Positions 35,374 to 38,570 of a DNA stretch of 38,570 nucleotides are shown here, in pieces (position 1 is the first letter of the stretch; each line of letters begins with the position of its first letter). The notes under the pieces are model-generated. The model made no database searches, had not been told where the DNA came from, and saw nothing but the letters and a program-made list of their open reading frames with translations. The DNA is taken from IMG/VR virus record IMGVR_UViG_3300029821_000139, positions 1-38,570 of that record. One strand, written 5' to 3'. The translations under genes and the position numbers were made by a program. The DNA comes from a virus. Taxonomy: Duplodnaviria > Caudoviricetes.

Positions 35374-35616
35374 TTACACGTCCTTTCCTTGCTTTTCTTG
35401 CATGTCATGCAAGCGTGTCGGTAAAAAAATATCAATTCTCTCTCTTTCGGTTAACTCTAAATAATCAGAGAGATCATTGGCTTCCGAAATATCGAGTATT
35501 GATTTGTCATTCAACTTATTACTAATAGTTGTAACGCTTATCCCTAAGTGTGCAGCACAATCAGCATATGTCTTACCACGCTCAAGAAGTTTTCCTTTTA
35601 ATTTTTGAATATCCAT
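35374..35616 (-). CDS. Cro-like XRE regulator
   Basis: KLKGKLLERGKT...LGISVTTISNKLN...IF, divergent from the repressor. Confidence 0.85.
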   Translation of the reverse strand: MDIQKLKGKLLERGKTYADCAAHLGISVTTISNKLNDKSILDISEANDLSDYLELTERERIDIFLPTRLHDMQEKQGKDV

Positions 35617-35636
35617 AGTTCACCTCTTTTCATTTC

Positions 35637-35761
35637 ATGCACGCTGTGCAAGTTATGTTTGAATGTTAGCATACCTCTGTGCAAGTTGTCAATACTCGTA
35701 TGCAAGTTTTTTTACTTATTATTACATATTTCTTGCACGCCAGTAATTTTAGTAGTACAAT
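35637..35761. promoter_or_regulatory. Lysis-lysogeny switch: divergent promoters and TTGCAY-N3-RTGCAA operators
   Basis: Minus strand TTGACA-18-TAACAT (35692-35663). Plus strand TTGCAC-17-TACAAT (35733-35761). Operator-like sites at 35637, 35670, 35691 and 35733, and a perfect copy at 35398-35412. Confidence 0.7.
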
Positions 35762-35790
35762 ATTATTAAGTATTATATAGGAGGTATCTT

Positions 35791-36126
35791 ATGAGTCAGG
35801 AATATAACATAGAAGTAGGCAAAAGGCTTTTTAAAGAAAGAACATCTAAAGGATTGACTAGAGCAGAGATAGGACTCTTAGTATCTCTTCATGAAAGTAC
35901 CGTAAAAAGATATGAAGATGGAGATATAAAGTCATTAAGTATTGAAAAAATAGAACACTTTGCAAAAGCTTTAAACACAAGTGCCGCATACCTAATGGGG
36001 TGGGAAGATAAACAAGACGATATCCAAACTATAGCAGCACATCATGATGGGGATGAATGGACAGATGAGGAACTGGATGAGATAGAGGCGTTCAAACAAT
36101 TTGTTAGAAGCAAAAGGAAACAATAA
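35791..36126 (+). CDS. Phage repressor, ImmR-like XRE
   Basis: HTH, YLMGW and TIAAH motif typical of ImmA-associated repressors. Confidence 0.88.
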   Translation: MSQEYNIEVGKRLFKERTSKGLTRAEIGLLVSLHESTVKRYEDGDIKSLSIEKIEHFAKALNTSAAYLMGWEDKQDDIQTIAAHHDGDEWTDEELDEIEAFKQFVRSKRKQ

Positions 36127-36159
36127 ACTTTACATAATTATCAAGGGGAGGTATTAAAT

Positions 36160-36942
36160 ATGTCAGGAGTAATAGGTGGTTCATTATTTTTTATTTTTGG
36201 GTTTCTTAGTATTATAATGTTTATTCTTTTTGTTATTGGGATGATAAGTCCAAAGGTGTTTGTTCCACAGCCACCATATAGTCGAAGTAAAATCATTAAG
36301 TTTGAAGTCATGTCAGTAGCATTTTTTATACTGGCTTTTGTGGCATTGTATTCTGCAGGAAGTAGTACGACGGATAACGACTTAGCTAGTAAAGATGCAG
36401 AATCAACGTCTCTAAAAGTAACTAATACAAATGATAATACTGCTACCGAATCAACACAAAGCGATGCTTTAATTGAAGAAGAAGTTGCTGATCCACCTAA
36501 AGAGAGTAGTACAAATGAAGTTAAACGAGTTGAAGATACAGAAAAAGTTGTTTTTGAATTAGGTGAAACCGCAAACTTTAGAGATGTTTTAGTTACTTAT
36601 AATTCTGCAGTAGAAAGTGAAGGTACTCAATATAATAAACCTGCTGACGGATATGTCTTCATTATTTGCGATTTCACCATTGAAAACAATAGTACAACTG
36701 ACATAACTGTCAGTTCAATGCTTAGTTTTGAAGCATATTGCGATGATTATAGTATCAACCAAACCTTTCCAGGAACTCTTTTAGATGATGCAAATAAGAC
36801 TTTGGATGGTAGTGTTGCTGAAGGTAAGAAAATGAACGGCGCTATAGCTTATGAAGTCCCAGTTGACTGGAAAAAGCTGGAGATAATTTATAGTCCAAAT
36901 TTTTGGTCTTCTAAAAGTATAACTTTTGTAGCATATAAGTAG
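36160..36942 (+). CDS. Membrane-anchored DUF4352-like protein (possible superinfection exclusion)
   Basis: Two TM helices, low-complexity linker, LDGSVAEGKKMNGAIAYEVP. Confidence 0.7.
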   Translation: MSGVIGGSLFFIFGFLSIIMFILFVIGMISPKVFVPQPPYSRSKIIKFEVMSVAFFILAFVALYSAGSSTTDNDLASKDAESTSLKVTNTNDNTATESTQSDALIEEEVADPPKESSTNEVKRVEDTEKVVFELGETANFRDVLVTYNSAVESEGTQYNKPADGYVFIICDFTIENNSTTDITVSSMLSFEAYCDDYSINQTFPGTLLDDANKTLDGSVAEGKKMNGAIAYEVPVDWKKLEIIYSPNFWSSKSITFVAYK

Positions 36943-36959
36943 ATTTAAGGGGTGAATAA

Positions 36960-37406
36960 ATGACGTTTGAGGAACTGATCATTGACAGTGGACTTGATGA
37001 TATTTATGAAATCGACATGAAAGTTAAGGGGCTTTATGCAGATGGAATAATAGGAATCAGCAAGTACATCAGCAGCACAGAAAAGGTATGCGTCTTAGCT
37101 GAAGAATTAGGCCATTACTACACATCGAGTGGAGATATCCTGAACCAAAAGGATTTATCCAATCGGAAACAGGAACATAGAGCCAGAGCATGGGGATACG
37201 AAAAGGTTGCATCTTTAAATAGGATTGTAGAAGCTTATAAAGCTAGATGTTCTACAAAAGAAGATCTACTGGAATACCTGGGCATCACGGAAGAATTTCT
37301 GACGGAATCAATTAATTATTACAAGCGTAGGTATGGTTTATTTTATCGCATAGATGATAAGTATGTTGTGAATTTTGAACCATTTGGAGTATTAGAGCAC
37401 TTTTAA
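36960..37406 (+). CDS. immA: ImmA/IrrE-family metallopeptidase (anti-repressor)
   Basis: KGLY...LAEELGHY...KQEHRAR. Confidence 0.88.
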   Translation: MTFEELIIDSGLDDIYEIDMKVKGLYADGIIGISKYISSTEKVCVLAEELGHYYTSSGDILNQKDLSNRKQEHRARAWGYEKVASLNRIVEAYKARCSTKEDLLEYLGITEEFLTESINYYKRRYGLFYRIDDKYVVNFEPFGVLEHF

Positions 37407-37418
37407 GGAGCTGAGAGT

Positions 37419-38570
37419 ATGGCAAGGTACAAGAAAAGAGCTGACGGACGATATAAGGCCGACATCAGAATAGGCTACCATGAAGATGGCAGACCAAAGA
37501 CAAAATCAATATATGCTCATACTATAAGAGAACTTGACGAAAAGAAAGCAGAGATGAAAAGCCTGTTGGCAAAAGGTATAGTCCTTGATAATCAAGGGTA
37601 TACGGTAGGAACATGGTCCGATCAGTGGCTAAAGGATTACAAGACCAATAAGAGCTATAACACATGGCGTATGTATGACATTATAATTAGATGCCATATC
37701 AAAGATCATGAAAGTATCCCTATAATGGAGCTCAAAACACACCATATACAATCTCTAATTAATGACAGACACAATAAGGGTATGACTAGGACAGTTGAAC
37801 AGATCGGCATGACTTATAATGCAATATTAAAAAAGGCCATCCAACTAAAGATAATATATCAGAATCCGATGGATGCCGTTGAAATGCCTGAGAAGGTCAA
37901 GAGTAAGAAAGGAATGCTAACTGATTCGGAAAGAAAAGCGCTAGATCGTTCTGACTTACCACCCAAACACCTTGCTTTTGTTACTATTGCAAGGTACTGC
38001 GGATTAAGGCGTGGTGAATTATTGGCACTAAATAGGCGTGATGTAGATCTCGAAAAGAGAGAAATAGATATTAATAAGGCCATATACTTCAAAGAGCGGA
38101 AGCCATTCTTTAAGGACCCCAAGGCGGTAGGTTTTAGACGTGTGCATATACCTGATATTGCGATAGATATAATATCGAATTATATTGATACAGTTGAATT
38201 TAACTTATTTACAAACTCAAAAGGTGAGTTGATGACTCAAGATTCTTATAGAGCCTTTTGGGAAAGTATAAAAAGAAAGGTCAATGCTGCAGCTGGTGGT
38301 ACACCTAATCTTCAAGTCATTAATATAACAGCGCATCAATTAAGGCATGAATATGCAACTATGCTGTATTATGCGGAAGTTGATATTAAGAAGGCTCAAT
38401 ATCTCTTGGGCCATTCGGACATCAACACAACATTGAGTATTTACACTCATTTAGACGAATCAAACACAACGGATAAATCTAAAATTGATGCTTTTTTAAG
38501 TAAAGTAAATCAAAGTTCAACAGGTCAAAACAAGGTCAAAGAACAAAACGAAATCCATCAAGCTACTTGA
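37419..38570 (+). CDS. int: Tyrosine integrase
   Basis: GLRRGE, HQLRH, LGH and catalytic IYTH, with an N-terminal arm-binding region. Confidence 0.96.
   Translation: MARYKKRADGRYKADIRIGYHEDGRPKTKSIYAHTIRELDEKKAEMKSLLAKGIVLDNQGYTVGTWSDQWLKDYKTNKSYNTWRMYDIIIRCHIKDHESIPIMELKTHHIQSLINDRHNKGMTRTVEQIGMTYNAILKKAIQLKIIYQNPMDAVEMPEKVKSKKGMLTDSERKALDRSDLPPKHLAFVTIARYCGLRRGELLALNRRDVDLEKREIDINKAIYFKERKPFFKDPKAVGFRRVHIPDIAIDIISNYIDTVEFNLFTNSKGELMTQDSYRAFWESIKRKVNAAAGGTPNLQVINITAHQLRHEYATMLYYAEVDIKKAQYLLGHSDINTTLSIYTHLDESNTTDKSKIDAFLSKVNQSSTGQNKVKEQNEIHQAT

Larger units (their letters stand above)
1..38570. mobile_element. Temperate siphovirus prophage, near complete (A118-like morphogenesis genes, ImmR/ImmA switch)
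   Basis: Canonical modular order of integrase, immunity, replication, packaging, head, tail, lysis and moron. No obvious disrupted core gene. att sites not visible in the window. Confidence 0.96.

Noticed and set aside
37095-37120. ImmA lacking canonical HExxH (EELGH) as a pseudogene
   Set aside because: The EExxH variant is common in Bacillota phage ImmA proteins, and the ORF is intact.
38522-38540. AGGTCAAA direct repeat at the integrase 3' end as an att site
   Set aside because: It could be an arm-type binding site, but no att core pair can be confirmed because the window ends at the stop codon.

Overview
The window is an essentially complete temperate siphophage (prophage) of a low-GC Bacillota host, probably clostridial (inference). 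It runs from a moron at the left end to the integrase at the right end, and the att sites fall outside the window. On the minus strand, right to left, it carries: cro/xis/early genes; an SMC-like ATPase, Sak4, SSB, SF2 helicase and primase-helicase replication module with an iteron-rich origin; RusA; a C5 methyltransferase; a variable cassette region; a late activator; terminase; portal; a MuF/minor capsid protein with a toxin tail; scaffold and capsid; A118-like neck and tail genes; and lysis genes. On the plus strand it carries an ImmR-like repressor, a membrane protein, ImmA and a tyrosine integrase. Five signals stand out. (1) A two-gene moron encodes a signal-peptide-less S8 protease and a free-standing paralogue of its own propeptide, with its own promoter and tandem NrdR-like boxes upstream. 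This is a candidate protease/inhibitor defence or TA system. (2) Six copies of a conserved RBS-containing repeat bracket five unrelated small genes, like a cassette array. (3) The MuF toxin is followed by an unannotated CPCC-type candidate immunity gene. (4) A pseudoknotted candidate ncRNA lies after the holin. (5) The tail chaperones carry a probable +1 frameshift. All family calls come from motif recognition by eye, and no searches were run.
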